A DNA stretch of 64,000 nt from Bacteroidales bacterium (GCA_034005245.1 JAVEVC010000001.1:64852-128851), one strand, 5' to 3'. Counted from the first letter of the stretch, positions 18,169-29,088 are shown. Translations and numbers: made by a program. Notes: generated from the letters alone by a model not told the origin.

Positions 18169-18897
18169 TCACCTTTTTTTTCTCTTTTCGTCCACATCAC
18201 TATAGGCAGGGCAGCCTGCCATTCTGTTATAGATCTTCCAGGTGAATGAAATCCCTGTGAATGAATACCAGTCGTTGTTGTGGAACCATGGTTTCCTTGA
18301 AGGATCTGTTAAATCTTCCAGGCCGTCAAAGTTATCATAAAAAGTCTTACGAAAACCATATTCAGCTTCCAAACCCAGATTTTTGTAAATTCTGAGTTTA
18401 AAACCAAGAGAAAAAGGGATAACAGCTACGGGAGGGGCAGGAGGGCTTATCCGATGGTGAGAATTATTATTAGGATCCCATAAATAGGCCTCTACATCAT
18501 TAAATACAACACCTAATCCTGCTGCAAAATATGGTGTATAATCCCATTTTCTGCCCTGCGTGCTATAAGGTAAAAAATTGAATTCGAACTGAACAGCCAG
18601 TTCCGTTACTGATCCGGAGAAGAAATCATTTCGTTCCTGTTGGAAATCATTGTTGAAATCCCGGTCATTTCCCTGAATACCGCCGAGGAAAATATTAGCC
18701 CTCAGGGCCTGACGCGGATGAAAGTTGTAACGGTAGAAAAACCCTGCGGCTGGCCTGGGAGAATAAAGAAGCCGGCTGGTGTTTATATCACCAATATATG
18801 ATGAAACGCCGCCAAAAATACCATAATCAGCATCACGCTGACCTGACAAATGGATTGAGAAGGGCAAAAACAGAATTAGCCAAAGAAATCTTTTCAT
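18169..18897 (-). CDS. outer-membrane beta-barrel protein (DUF6089-like)
   Basis: 242 aa. Signal peptide, alternating aromatic/Gly beta-strand pattern, and a conserved position upstream of uppS in Bacteroidota. Confidence 0.55.
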   Translation of the reverse strand: MKRFLWLILFLPFSIHLSGQRDADYGIFGGVSSYIGDINTSRLLYSPRPAAGFFYRYNFHPRQALRANIFLGGIQGNDRDFNNDFQQERNDFFSGSVTELAVQFEFNFLPYSTQGRKWDYTPYFAAGLGVVFNDVEAYLWDPNNNSHHRISPPAPPVAVIPFSLGFKLRIYKNLGLEAEYGFRKTFYDNFDGLEDLTDPSRKPWFHNNDWYSFTGISFTWKIYNRMAGCPAYSDVDEKRKKR

Positions 18898-18918
18898 TAA
18901 ACCTGTTCCAGCGCATTA

Positions 18919-19662
18919 TCATCTGAACGTTGGCAAACCTTTTGCACTTGACTTTAACTTATAAGTAAAAGTGAAGTTCAAAAAATAATAAACGTCATTT
19001 GCCTTTGAATATTGTTCAGAATGATAACCGTCGATATAATCTGAGAAGGTATATCTTCCGCCAAGTTCGACTCCAAAGTTAATGTTTGGTGAATATATAA
19101 GTGTCGCCCCTGCTCCTGCCGGAATCACTGCAGTAAATCCGTTGGTTGTCTGGTCTCTTCCTTCCAGAAGGTTATTGCCGTTAACACTGTAAGCAGCACC
19201 CCCGACTCCGGTAAAGGCATAGAAGTCGAGCGACCGGAGCAATGTCCAAAGGCTCTTTCCCTTGAGGAACAAATAGCTGCTTTCGTACCTGTTCTTTATA
19301 AAATAGTATTCCCCGATCAGTGCCGGTTCAAACAGATGCGTCAAAGATTCAAACCGACGGCCTTCATTTGAACCTCTTTCGTCAGTGGCATGAAGCATAG
19401 CATATGTTAGGCCCAGGCGCAGGTTTGCCGTCCTTGAGAGACGGTATCGAAAATTCCCGCTTATATTGAACCTGGTCTGATGATAACTTATATCCCTGAA
19501 TCCCAAAAAGTTCTCCCCGATAGTATATCCCCCTATGTCGGGAAAGGAGAAAGAAGGTCCCAGCCCGAATGTTGCTTCCCATCTCTTAAGTTTCCATAAC
19601 TGGGCATCAGAAATCTGAACTGTAGTGCAAATTATCAAAATCAAGAACAGGACCCTTTTCAT
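18919..19662 (-). CDS. outer-membrane beta-barrel (porin-family) protein
   Basis: 247 aa. Signal peptide, alternating hydrophobic strand pattern, and an aromatic C-terminal strand (FTFTYKL). Confidence 0.5.
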   Translation of the reverse strand: MKRVLFLILIICTTVQISDAQLWKLKRWEATFGLGPSFSFPDIGGYTIGENFLGFRDISYHQTRFNISGNFRYRLSRTANLRLGLTYAMLHATDERGSNEGRRFESLTHLFEPALIGEYYFIKNRYESSYLFLKGKSLWTLLRSLDFYAFTGVGGAAYSVNGNNLLEGRDQTTNGFTAVIPAGAGATLIYSPNINFGVELGGRYTFSDYIDGYHSEQYSKANDVYYFLNFTFTYKLKSSAKGLPTFR

Positions 19663-19800
19663 GATGTTAGCATTAAGGTTAACATTACAAATATAATAAT
19701 CTAATATTTAGCGAAAAATCAATATTATCCAAAATTATACAATAATATCAACAAATACCGCTACTTGGCTTGCAATTTATCTACTTGCGCCTAAATGTAT

Positions 19801-20679
19801 TTAGTTCCTTCTGTCGGCGCCCCACATAAGCTTATTCCTGAGAGTGCTGTAAAAATCAGTCCCTTTCAGCATAACTGTTTTCAGCTTCTTTTCCGACCTC
19901 ACAATATGCATCTCCTCAGAAAATGGCAAACGCCTTGAACGGAAGTCACACGTGCCAAGAAATTCCGAACTTCTGCCCTCAATTATCATCCTTAGCATTG
20001 TTGCACCACTTACTATTATAGGCCTGATAGTGAGATTATGTGGAGAAATGGGAGAAATAATTATACTCTCATCTTCCGGAGAAAGAATAGGCCCGCCGAC
20101 GCTAAGATTGTAAGCAGTTGAACCGGTTGCAGTCGAAATAATTACTCCGTCAGCCCAGTAAGTATTCAGATAATTCTCACCTTCATAAACATTTATAGTA
20201 ATCATCCGCGGATCAGCCTTCTGAATGGTTATTTCATTCAATGCTACAGAAGGCTCATTTTTAAAAAAGCCCATAGGTCGTGTGATTTCCAGAAGTGATC
20301 TGTCAATTATCCCGTATTCTTCAGCACAAAGCTGGTCAACCGAATGGCTTATCTCTTCGGCGGGAATATTGGCAAGGAAGCCCATTCTTCCGGTATTTAC
20401 ACCAGCAACCGGTATGCCTAAATCATGCACCCTTAACATTGTGTCGAGAAATGTCCCGTCTCCTCCTACGCTGAGTATAAGGTCAGGCAGATTTTTTATT
20501 TCATGGAGGTCGGTGAAGTATTCAATCATCCCATCTTCCCTGCATGAGTTCCTGTCGAAGGTGCTTTGAAAGACAAGCATCTTGATACCCCTACGGCAAA
20601 ACTCACTGATTAGTCGGGAAACACCATCGGAAGTCTTTATATTGCCTCCCTTGCTGAAAATTGCAACTCTCCGGATCAT
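19801..20679 (-). CDS. nadK: NAD+ kinase
   Basis: 292 aa. Contains the GGDGT motif (VGGDGTFL) and the ATGSTAYNLSxGGP motif. Confidence 0.85.
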   Translation of the reverse strand: MIRRVAIFSKGGNIKTSDGVSRLISEFCRRGIKMLVFQSTFDRNSCREDGMIEYFTDLHEIKNLPDLILSVGGDGTFLDTMLRVHDLGIPVAGVNTGRMGFLANIPAEEISHSVDQLCAEEYGIIDRSLLEITRPMGFFKNEPSVALNEITIQKADPRMITINVYEGENYLNTYWADGVIISTATGSTAYNLSVGGPILSPEDESIIISPISPHNLTIRPIIVSGATMLRMIIEGRSSEFLGTCDFRSRRLPFSEEMHIVRSEKKLKTVMLKGTDFYSTLRNKLMWGADRRN

Positions 20680-20686
20680 TATTTAA

Positions 20687-21352
20687 TCAGATATTCAAGT
20701 ATTTCATCAAGAGGTCAAACCGCTCGGAATAGAAACGGTCCATCGAATCATCAGAAGTCACCCAGGTTTTTACTTCATAATTATACCTCTCAAATGTCCT
20801 GATTACTGACGTAAGGTCATAGGTATTAACCTTTATGGTGACCTCAAGCCTTGTCGATTCGGGAGGTGATGTTATGTACATGCTGAGAATCCGCACATTG
20901 TTGCTTTCAACAATCTGGGCTATCTGCGAAAGTGAATAATCCCTGTCAATAACTTCTATTACAATGATACCACCAGGCTGATCCATTGATGAGATCCCCG
21001 CTATATTTCTTATCAGGTCATTTGTTGTTATTACTCCTTTATAATGATTCTTCTTGTCAAGAACAGGAACCACTGTCAGTTTAAGGCGTGAAGCCAGACC
21101 TATCACCTCAAAGAGGTGCTGATCAACTGTAACAAATGGCTTTATCAACGTAAGGGAATGATTGCCAATAGGCTCTTCAGGCTGATTCATGTCAAAGATA
21201 TTGCTGTCTGAAATAAGCCCAAGAAAGTCAAAATTATTTACGATAGGCAGATGTGATATTCTGAATATCTCCATCCAGTTCAGCGCTGTCTGCCCTGAAT
21301 CTGATGTCCTCAATGGAGGTATAACCTCAGATATCAAATCCTTTGCTACCAT
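20687..21352 (-). CDS. CBS-domain pair protein with C-terminal ACT-like region
   Basis: 221 aa. Two CBS-like repeats (HLPIVNN..., VVPVLDKKNHYKGVIT). In a conserved cluster with nadK and pdxJ. Confidence 0.65.
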   Translation of the reverse strand: MVAKDLISEVIPPLRTSDSGQTALNWMEIFRISHLPIVNNFDFLGLISDSNIFDMNQPEEPIGNHSLTLIKPFVTVDQHLFEVIGLASRLKLTVVPVLDKKNHYKGVITTNDLIRNIAGISSMDQPGGIIVIEVIDRDYSLSQIAQIVESNNVRILSMYITSPPESTRLEVTIKVNTYDLTSVIRTFERYNYEVKTWVTSDDSMDRFYSERFDLLMKYLNI

Positions 21353-21447
21353 TTCTCATTAATTTTTATCTAAATTAACAAAAAAAAAAGCCAGTTGTTA
21401 TAAATTTGCAACAAATAACAATACGGAGAAATAACCCGATTATTATA

Positions 21448-22161
21448 ATGACCAAATTAAGTGTTAATATTAACAAGATTGCGACCATCAGGAATGCTCG
21501 CGGAGGAAATATTCCCAATGTGGTCACTGCTGCAATTAATTGTGAGATCTTCGGAGCTGACGGCATAACTGTTCATCCCCGCCCCGACGAGCGACATATC
21601 AGGTACAGGGATGTACTTGAGATTAAGCCTGTTATCAAAACCGAATTCAATATCGAAGGTTATCCTTCTGAACCCTTTATAAATCTTGTGCTATCTGTCA
21701 AACCCCACCAGGTTACTCTCGTGCCTGATGCACATGATGCAATAACATCAAATGCAGGCTGGGATATACTTAGGTACAAAATGTTCCTCAGGGAAGTAAT
21801 AACAGAATTCAGGAAAGCTGGTATAAGAACCTCTATATTTGTCGACACAAATCCAGTCAACATAGAGAATGCTGTTCTGACAGGTACCGACAGGATAGAA
21901 CTATATACCGAGCCTTATGCCTCGGCATTCTCCAAAGATGCTTACCAGGCTGTCAAACCCTTTGTTGCTGCTGCTGAAATTGCAAAAAAAACAGGTCTGG
22001 GCATTAATGCCGGGCACGATCTCAATCTTGATAACCTGCGATATCTCCACCAGAATATCCCCTGGCTGGATGAAGTATCAATAGGTCATGCCCTGATATC
22101 TGATGCGCTTTACCTTGGGCTGGAAAATGCAATTCAGATGTACAAAAGGCAGCTGGCCTGA
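21448..22161 (+). CDS. pdxJ: pyridoxine 5'-phosphate synthase
   Basis: Contains [26 protein letters not shown] and NAGHDLN motifs. The ORF-track start at 21406 is a TTG, so I trimmed to the ATG at 21448 (MTKLSVNI...). Confidence 0.9.
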   Translation: MTKLSVNINKIATIRNARGGNIPNVVTAAINCEIFGADGITVHPRPDERHIRYRDVLEIKPVIKTEFNIEGYPSEPFINLVLSVKPHQVTLVPDAHDAITSNAGWDILRYKMFLREVITEFRKAGIRTSIFVDTNPVNIENAVLTGTDRIELYTEPYASAFSKDAYQAVKPFVAAAEIAKKTGLGINAGHDLNLDNLRYLHQNIPWLDEVSIGHALISDALYLGLENAIQMYKRQLA

Positions 22162-22172
22162 AATTTCAGCTG

Positions 22173-22979
22173 ATGAAGCTATTTTACAGAAGATCAGGCA
22201 TCGGCCCATACCTGATTATACTACACGGACTATACGGGTCCTCAGATAACTGGATTTCCATTTCCAGAAGATTAAGCGACATCTTTACCGTAATACTGCC
22301 TGACCAGAGAAATCACGGGCTTTCCCCTCATAGTGATATTCATAACTATAATGCACTCTCTGAAGACCTTTTCGAACTGACTGAAGAACTGAAAATTGAA
22401 AGATTTGTGCTTGCCGGGCACAGTATGGGAGGCAAAACAGCCATGAATTTTGCATTAAGATGGCCGGAGAAACTTGATGGCCTGCTTGTTGCAGATATTT
22501 CTCCCCTGGCTGCCGGCAAGAATACGGAAAAAGAATACCGGCAACATACTCACATCCTTAATGCCATTATTGCTGCGGATCTGAGTAATGCTTCAAGACG
22601 TGAGGAGGTTGAATCATTGATCTCGGGAAGCATTCCATCCCGCAGGATAAGGGAACTCATCATGAAGAATCTTCAAAGAAATCCCGACAGATCATTCAGA
22701 TGGAAGCTTAATGCTCAAGCTCTTCTCAGTAACCTTGATTCAATCATGGGAGAAATTGACCCGGAACATCTTTACAGCAAAAGCGTGACGGGATTCCCGG
22801 TTGTTTTCCTGAAAGGCGGACTCTCAGATTACATCTCACATGAAAGCTTTGAAGAAATAAGGAAGATATTCCCGGCAGCAGATTTCCGTGAAATAATGGA
22901 CGCAGGACACTGGATACAAACCGACAGGCCCGATGAGGTAATAAATAACCTGAGATCATTCATCTGGCATAACGGGTAA
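22173..22979 (+). CDS. alpha/beta-fold hydrolase
   Basis: 268 aa. Contains HGLYGS, the nucleophile elbow GHSMGG and a C-terminal GHW motif. Confidence 0.75.
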   Translation: MKLFYRRSGIGPYLIILHGLYGSSDNWISISRRLSDIFTVILPDQRNHGLSPHSDIHNYNALSEDLFELTEELKIERFVLAGHSMGGKTAMNFALRWPEKLDGLLVADISPLAAGKNTEKEYRQHTHILNAIIAADLSNASRREEVESLISGSIPSRRIRELIMKNLQRNPDRSFRWKLNAQALLSNLDSIMGEIDPEHLYSKSVTGFPVVFLKGGLSDYISHESFEEIRKIFPAADFREIMDAGHWIQTDRPDEVINNLRSFIWHNG

Positions 22980-23108
22980 ACAGGAGCCCCGGTAAGTCCA
23001 TAACCATGAGCCGTGTTTTTCAACATATAACAGGATAATTTCTTCATTGACATCCATCAGCAGCATCTATTCTCCTGACATGCTGATATACCTGAAACGA
23101 ATGTTTGT

Positions 23109-23717
23109 CTAATGCAAATGCTTCTCAATTATGGAAATAAGTACCTCAATCCCTACCTGGTTCTCACCGCCTCCGGGAATTATTATGTCGGCATACCTCT
23201 TTGAGGGTTCAATGAACTGCAAATGCGATGGCTTAACAGTATCATGATATCTTTCAAGCACATTCATAACTGAACGCCCCCTCTCTACAATATCCCTTTG
23301 AATAACCCTCCCAAGCCGGTCATCCGGATCAGCATCTACAAATACCTTAATGTCGAGCAGCTTCCTTAGCTCACTGTCAGCCAAAATAAGAATCCCCTCA
23401 ACAAGCACAACTCTTGCCGGTTTTACAGGTATTGTTTCCTGCGATCTTATGCATGTGAGATAAGAATAAACCGGCATTTTAATACTCTTGCCCTGATTAA
23501 GCTCCTTCAGTTGTTCTATCAGCAGCGTGAATTCTACAGAATCTGGATGATCAAAATTGATCTTTTGTCTTTCTTCAAGCGGTATGTGACTGTTATCCCT
23601 GTAATAAGCATCCTGTGGTATAACTGTTACTTCTTCATTGGGAAACCTCTCCATCACCTTCTTTACCACAGTTGTTTTTCCTGAGCCTGTTCCGCCGGCT
23701 ATTCCCACTATAAGCAT
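23109..23717 (-). CDS. udk: uridine kinase
   Basis: P-loop GIAGGTGSGKTT lies right after the internal Met. The 85-aa N-terminal extension in the ORF track (to 23972) has no kinase similarity and overlaps manA on the other strand, so I trimmed to the ATG at 23717. Confidence 0.85.
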   Translation of the reverse strand: MLIVGIAGGTGSGKTTVVKKVMERFPNEEVTVIPQDAYYRDNSHIPLEERQKINFDHPDSVEFTLLIEQLKELNQGKSIKMPVYSYLTCIRSQETIPVKPARVVLVEGILILADSELRKLLDIKVFVDADPDDRLGRVIQRDIVERGRSVMNVLERYHDTVKPSHLQFIEPSKRYADIIIPGGGENQVGIEVLISIIEKHLH

Positions 23718-23772
23718 ATTTTCCTTATTTTTGTAAAGTACTAGTCCCAAAAATAATAAATAGTCCAAATCA

Positions 23773-24768
23773 ATGTCGGAATTATATCCTTTAAAGTTTG
23801 AACCTGTTGTTAAGGAGAAAATATGGGGCGGCCATTCTCTTGCAGAGCAATACGGGAAAAATGAAGATGGTCTGAAAAACATAGGTGAGAGCTGGGAAAT
23901 TTCCGCCGTCTCGGATAATCTTTCGGTTGTTAGTAATGGCTTCCTTGCAGGCAACAATATAGAGGAGATCATTGAGGTTTACATGGGCGACATCACAGGT
24001 GATTCAGTTTACGATAAATTTGGCAAGGAATTTCCCCTTCTTATAAAATTGATTGAATCAAAGGATGTCCTTTCAATACAGGTTCACCCCGGCGACGAAC
24101 TTTCCAGAAAGCGGCACCATGCCTATGGAAAGACTGAGATGTGGTATATTCTCGGAAGCGAAAACGATTCAAAAATATACACCGGTTTTACCGAAGCGGT
24201 AACCCGTGAAAGATACGTAGAAGCATTGAACAATGGCAGCCTTCCTGACCTTCTCAATGTTGAAGAGGCTGTTGCCGGTGATGCATTTTTTACTCCGGCC
24301 GGAAGGATACATGCTATCGGCTCTGGACTGGTGCTGGTGGAGATACAACAAACTTCAGACATAACATACAGGATATATGACTGGGGAAGAACGGGCCTCG
24401 ATGGGAAGCTAAGAGAACTGCATACAGACCTTGCACTCGAAGCAATAGATTTCACAGCAGCCGGTCCAAATAAAATAAGGGTGGAACCTGAAGATAATAA
24501 AACGCTGAATCTGGTGAGAAGTGTTTACTTCAACACGAACATTCTGAAATTTAATGAAATAATTGAAAAAGATTACAACCTGATAGACTCATTTGTTATC
24601 TACATTTGCACTGAAGGCAGATTCCTTATAAACTGGAATAACAGCTCTGAAATGGTGACTAAAGGTGAAACAGTCCTTGTTCCTGCTTCAGTAAGAGAAA
24701 TAACCCTCGAACCTGAAAAGGAAACGACTCTCCTTGAAATATACATTGACCAGAATCAATTAAAATAA
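23773..24768 (+). CDS. manA: class I mannose-6-phosphate isomerase
   Basis: 331 aa. Contains KIWGG, LSIQVHPGD, KTEMWYIL and a cupin-type His motif (IHAIG). Confidence 0.7.
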   Translation: MSELYPLKFEPVVKEKIWGGHSLAEQYGKNEDGLKNIGESWEISAVSDNLSVVSNGFLAGNNIEEIIEVYMGDITGDSVYDKFGKEFPLLIKLIESKDVLSIQVHPGDELSRKRHHAYGKTEMWYILGSENDSKIYTGFTEAVTRERYVEALNNGSLPDLLNVEEAVAGDAFFTPAGRIHAIGSGLVLVEIQQTSDITYRIYDWGRTGLDGKLRELHTDLALEAIDFTAAGPNKIRVEPEDNKTLNLVRSVYFNTNILKFNEIIEKDYNLIDSFVIYICTEGRFLINWNNSSEMVTKGETVLVPASVREITLEPEKETTLLEIYIDQNQLK

Positions 24769-24774
24769 AATATC

Positions 24775-25545
24775 ATGAAACTAATAAGGTACTCTGCAAT
24801 TCTTTTCCTTGCAGTGCTGATACTGCCGGGTTGCGGCGGCAAAGGCGCAGGAAAAAATAAAGCTGCTGCCGGCGAAGATACTATCCAGGTGCCGGATACA
24901 GGTTATACGGGAATAAAGCAGTATTTCAGCGGCAATCTTATGGTAAAAGAAGTCAATTTCCGAAACGGCATACGGCAAGGCGAAACCCGAACATTCTACA
25001 AAGGCGGCCAGCTTTACCAGACATTCTGGTACGAAAACGGGATCAGGGAAGATTCGGCAAGATGGTATTACACCAGCGGGCAACTTTTCAGGTCAACGCC
25101 ATATAACAAGGATACAATAGACGGGATTCAGCAGCAATATTATAAAAACGGCCGCCTGAAAGCCAGGATCGGATACCTCAAAGGTCTTAGGACGCCCTTT
25201 CTCGAGGAATTCACTCCTGACGGAAAAAAAGTATCAGACTACCCTGAAATACAAGCCAATATTGATGATCTTTACAAGTCAGCCGGAAAGGTAAAAGTGA
25301 CCCTGGAACTTAGCAATAAAACATCAAGGGTTATCTTCTACCAGGGGAAGTTCGAAAATGGTGTATTTGACACTTCAAAGTACACAATAATAAAAACCTT
25401 TAATGGTAAAGGAACCCTGGAACTGAAGAAGACAGTTTCAGCCCAATCAGACAATCTGGATATCGTTGCGGAAACAATCACTGATTTCGGCAACAAGTAT
25501 CTCACACATAAAGAAATTAAACTTCCATACGCCGACCTTAGGTAA
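24775..25545 (+). CDS. lipoprotein with MORN-variant (YwqK-like) repeats
   Basis: 256 aa. Lipobox LILPGC, followed by repeated G-x-x-x-G-x-x-x-x-Y/W units (FYKGGQLYQTFWYENGIREDSARWYYTSGQL...). Confidence 0.6.
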   Translation: MKLIRYSAILFLAVLILPGCGGKGAGKNKAAAGEDTIQVPDTGYTGIKQYFSGNLMVKEVNFRNGIRQGETRTFYKGGQLYQTFWYENGIREDSARWYYTSGQLFRSTPYNKDTIDGIQQQYYKNGRLKARIGYLKGLRTPFLEEFTPDGKKVSDYPEIQANIDDLYKSAGKVKVTLELSNKTSRVIFYQGKFENGVFDTSKYTIIKTFNGKGTLELKKTVSAQSDNLDIVAETITDFGNKYLTHKEIKLPYADLR

Positions 25546-25558
25546 GCATCATAAAATC

Positions 25559-26167
25559 ATGATAATCCGTACGGCTTCATTTATAAAAAGCAGTACTTCT
25601 CTTGCACAGTGTCCGTCCGGAGGAATGCCGGAATTTGGATTCACAGGCCGTTCAAACGTAGGTAAGTCATCCCTTATAAACGTGTTAACCGGCAGGAAGA
25701 TGCTTGCAAAAACTTCGGGAAATCCTGGAAAAACAAGGACCATAAACCATTTTCTAATCAATGAAAGCTGGTATCTTGTTGACCTTCCGGGCTACGGTTA
25801 TGCCAAAACTCCTGCAAAGATGCGCAAAGAATGGCTTGCTGCCATGAATGACTATATCATGAAGAGAGAAACCCTTGTATGCATTTTTGTTCTCCTGGAT
25901 TCAAGACTCAAGCCCCAGAAGTCAGATCTCTCCTTCATGGAATTCCTTGGCGTGAACCAGATCCCATTTGTCAGGATCTTTACCAAGAGTGACAAGGTCC
26001 CTGAACATTCAATGAAAAAAGCGCTGAAAGAATATGATGCCATAATGCTCGGAGAATGGGAATATCTTCCGCAGACATTCATAACATCGGCAGTAAGCCA
26101 ACGAGGAAAGAATGAGATCCTTGATTTCATTGAAAATTGTATCAACAATTTATCAACCCGGATCTGA
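25559..26167 (+). CDS. engB: ribosome biogenesis GTP-binding protein YihA/EngB
   Basis: G1 GRSNVGKSSLIN, G3 DLPGYG and G4 TKSDK are present. The ORF-track start at 25466 overlaps the previous gene, so I trimmed to the ATG at 25559. Confidence 0.85.
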   Translation: MIIRTASFIKSSTSLAQCPSGGMPEFGFTGRSNVGKSSLINVLTGRKMLAKTSGNPGKTRTINHFLINESWYLVDLPGYGYAKTPAKMRKEWLAAMNDYIMKRETLVCIFVLLDSRLKPQKSDLSFMEFLGVNQIPFVRIFTKSDKVPEHSMKKALKEYDAIMLGEWEYLPQTFITSAVSQRGKNEILDFIENCINNLSTRI

Positions 26168-26234
26168 AATCATGCTGAATTTATAATTTTGTAGACATTA
26201 TTTCCTATAATCAAACCAGCAAAATCATAAGGTA

Positions 26235-27173
26235 ATGTACGGCAAAGCACCTTTGAAAGTTTTTTCATGCAGATCTTCCCTGGGCCTGGCACAAAAGATT
26301 GCTGACAGGATGGGTATTGAACTGGGAAAAAGTTCAGTAACAATGTTCAGTGACGGAGAATTTCAGCCATGCTTTGACGAATCGGTAAGGGGAGATATGG
26401 TCTTTATCATCCAGTCAACAAATCCGCCTGCAGAGAACCTTCTTGAACTTCTCCTTATGATTGATGCTGCAAAAAGGGCGTCAGCATATAAAGTTATTGC
26501 AGTCATCCCGTATTTTGGCTTTGCCCGGCAGGACCGGAAGGACAGGCCCAGGGTTTCAATCGGGTCAAAACTGGCTGCAGACCTTCTGGGTGCAGCCGGT
26601 GTTGACAGGATAATTACCATGGATCTCCATGCTGACCAGATACAGGGATTCTTCAACGTACCCGTCGATCACCTGTTTGGATCAGCTATCTTTGCGCCGT
26701 ATATTGAGAATCTCAAACTCGAAAACCTTACAATTTCCGCACCCGACATGGGCGGCTCCAAGAGAGCCAATGCTTATTCAAGACATCTGCAATCAGAGAT
26801 GGTCCTCTGTTACAAGCTCAGGAAGAAACCCAATGTAGTTGAGGAAATGTCCATAATAGGTGATGTTGAGGATAGAAACGTGGTTATCATAGACGATATG
26901 GTCGATACCTCAGGAACACTTGTACTTGCTGCGCAGAAAATGAAGGAAAAAAGGGCAAGAAGCATCAGGGCTTTCGCCACTCACCCAATATTGTCGGGAA
27001 ATGCCATTGACAGGATTAATGACTCTCCCATTGAGGAACTGGTTGTAACCGATTCCCTGCCATTGAACCGTTCCTCGGAAAAAATCAAAGTTCTTTCTAT
27101 TGCCGAGATTTTCGCCAACACAATACTGGCCGTCAACAACAACCAGTCAATCAGCACTAATTTTGTTTTCTGA
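26235..27173 (+). CDS. prs: ribose-phosphate pyrophosphokinase
   Basis: 312 aa. Contains PYFGFARQDRK, DLHADQIQGFF and DDMVDTSGT motifs. Confidence 0.9.
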   Translation: MYGKAPLKVFSCRSSLGLAQKIADRMGIELGKSSVTMFSDGEFQPCFDESVRGDMVFIIQSTNPPAENLLELLLMIDAAKRASAYKVIAVIPYFGFARQDRKDRPRVSIGSKLAADLLGAAGVDRIITMDLHADQIQGFFNVPVDHLFGSAIFAPYIENLKLENLTISAPDMGGSKRANAYSRHLQSEMVLCYKLRKKPNVVEEMSIIGDVEDRNVVIIDDMVDTSGTLVLAAQKMKEKRARSIRAFATHPILSGNAIDRINDSPIEELVVTDSLPLNRSSEKIKVLSIAEIFANTILAVNNNQSISTNFVF

Positions 27174-27271
27174 TTCGTTTGTAATATATTTGCAGTCCGA
27201 TTTTTTTTGTCAAACGTGTAATGGGGAGTTTTCAGTCTGATAACTCTTAGTAGCACAATAATTTACAACTA

Positions 27272-27901
27272 ATGAAGACTATTGAAATTAATGGATCACC
27301 GAGAACAGAGCTGGGAAAGAAAAACTCCAAGAAGCTAAGGATGGCAGGAAATGTTCCCTGTGTCATTTACGGGAAGAATGATAATGTTCATTTTTATACT
27401 CATGAGAACAGTTTTCTGGGCCTTGTTTATTCTCCCGATTCCCACCTGGTTAATCTTAACCTGGAAGACAAGAAGTATAATCTCGTCGTTAAGGATGTTC
27501 AGTTCCATCCTGTAACTGATAAGATCATACATGCTGATTTCCTCGAGATCTCTGATGACAAGAAAATAAAAATAAGCCTTCCGGTCAAAGTTTCCGGTGA
27601 TTCAGTTGGAGTAAAAGCAGGGGGCAAACTGAGAATTAAAAGAAGACAACTGAACGTCAAGGGTTTTGTAAACGATATACCGGAGTACATTCCCATAGAT
27701 ATCACTAATGTTAAAATAAACCATTCGGTGAAAGTTAGCGATATTTCCATGCCCAATATTGAAATAACAGATCCTAAGATTACTACTATTGTCACTGTGG
27801 CCAGTTCACGTGTTGTACTGAAAGAAGAAGGAGAGGCAGCTGCTGAAAAACCTGCAGCCGAAGCTGCTCCTGCAGATACGCATTCCGAAGAAAAAAGCTG
27901 A
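27272..27901 (+). CDS. rplY: 50S ribosomal protein L25 / general stress protein Ctc
   Basis: 209 aa. L25/Ctc N-domain (GKKNSKKLRMAGNVPCVIYG) with an acidic/Ala-rich C-terminal tail. Confidence 0.85.
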   Translation: MKTIEINGSPRTELGKKNSKKLRMAGNVPCVIYGKNDNVHFYTHENSFLGLVYSPDSHLVNLNLEDKKYNLVVKDVQFHPVTDKIIHADFLEISDDKKIKISLPVKVSGDSVGVKAGGKLRIKRRQLNVKGFVNDIPEYIPIDITNVKINHSVKVSDISMPNIEITDPKITTIVTVASSRVVLKEEGEAAAEKPAAEAAPADTHSEEKS

Positions 27902-27934
27902 TAGCAATTCAGCATCACACTAGATTCAGGCGCA

Positions 27935-28543
27935 ATGAAACACCTGATAGTTGGCCTGGGAAATATTGGTGAAGAATACAGGGATACCCGGCACAATATC
28001 GGATTTGACGTACTTGACTCCATGGCAGAGAAGTTCAGAGCTTCCTTTGCTGATAAACGCTATGGATCAATCTGTGAAATACATTACAAAAGCTGCGAAT
28101 TCCTGCTTCTCAAACCTTCAACTTATGTAAATCTAAGCGGCAATGCCGTCAGATACTGGCTTAACAAGGCAAAAATCCCTTTGGAAAATATGCTCGTTAT
28201 AGTTGATGACATAGCCCTTCCCACAGGAAGTATAAGGATGAGGACAAAAGGCAGTGATGGCGGTCATAACGGATTGGCACACATTAATCAGGTACTTGGC
28301 ACCGATGAATATGCAAGGATAAGAATAGGAATAGGTAATGGCTTCAGAAAAGGAGCGCAGGTAAACTTTGTTCTGGGAAAATGGAACAGGGAAGAAAAAG
28401 AACTGCTGAAAAACAGGATATCAATGGTGATTCAGATGATTGAATCGTTCGGTACAGCCGGCGTTGAAATTACAATGTCAGCATATAATAAAGCCGGAAA
28501 AACACTTCCGGATCAAAAATCCGGGACAATCAGTCCTGATTAA
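27935..28543 (+). CDS. pth: peptidyl-tRNA hydrolase
   Basis: 202 aa. Contains LIVGLGNIGxEYxxTRHNIGF and GGHNGL motifs. Confidence 0.9.
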   Translation: MKHLIVGLGNIGEEYRDTRHNIGFDVLDSMAEKFRASFADKRYGSICEIHYKSCEFLLLKPSTYVNLSGNAVRYWLNKAKIPLENMLVIVDDIALPTGSIRMRTKGSDGGHNGLAHINQVLGTDEYARIRIGIGNGFRKGAQVNFVLGKWNREEKELLKNRISMVIQMIESFGTAGVEITMSAYNKAGKTLPDQKSGTISPD

Positions 28544-28552
28544 TAATATGCA

Positions 28553-28948
28553 ATGACCGGTAACTCATCCGTAAGAATTGACAAATTCCTCTGGTCTGTA
28601 AGAATTTTCAAGACAAGAAGCATCGCTACGGAAGAATGCAGAAAAGGCAGGATATTAATAGGAAACTTCCCGGTAAAACCCTCCAGAGCTATTTCCAGAG
28701 GAGAGGTATTCTCCGTAAAGAAGCTTCCGGTAATATACACCTACCGTGTTATTGAGCTCCTGGAAACCAGAACAGGCGCCAGCCTTGTCGGAAATTACAT
28801 TGAAGATCTGACACCTTCAGAAGAAAAGCAGAAGCTGCTCCTAAGCAAGGAAGGAATATTCATTTTCCGCAAAAAAGGATCGGGACGTCCTACAAAAAAG
28901 GAGAGGCGCAGTATTGACAGGCTAAAAGATGACAACAGCCTTCTGTGA
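28553..28948 (+). CDS. hslR: S4-domain RNA-binding protein (Hsp15/HslR-like)
   Basis: 131 aa. Contains RIDKFLWSVRIFKTRSxA, an S4-fold signature. Conserved after pth. Confidence 0.7.
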   Translation: MTGNSSVRIDKFLWSVRIFKTRSIATEECRKGRILIGNFPVKPSRAISRGEVFSVKKLPVIYTYRVIELLETRTGASLVGNYIEDLTPSEEKQKLLLSKEGIFIFRKKGSGRPTKKERRSIDRLKDDNSLL

Positions 28949-29088
28949 AGGGTGGTAAAAAGACTTATTTATTAAAAATAAGGTAATTAAAATAAGAATG
29001 ATATTACCTGCTACACGCCTTTTTATTAATTTGCTGAACTATATCGCCAGAAATTTAAGCTGATCGGAGACAGTTTATCAATAGTTTT

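Noticed and set aside
23718-23972. 85-aa N-terminal extension of the uridine kinase ORF
   Set aside because: It has no similarity to Udk. The P-loop follows the internal Met directly, and the extension overlaps the manA start on the opposite strand.
27499-28023. 174-aa minus-strand ORF antisense to rplY/pth
   Set aside because: It is a low-complexity Ser/Ala/Ile-rich frame lying entirely antisense to two well-supported conserved genes.
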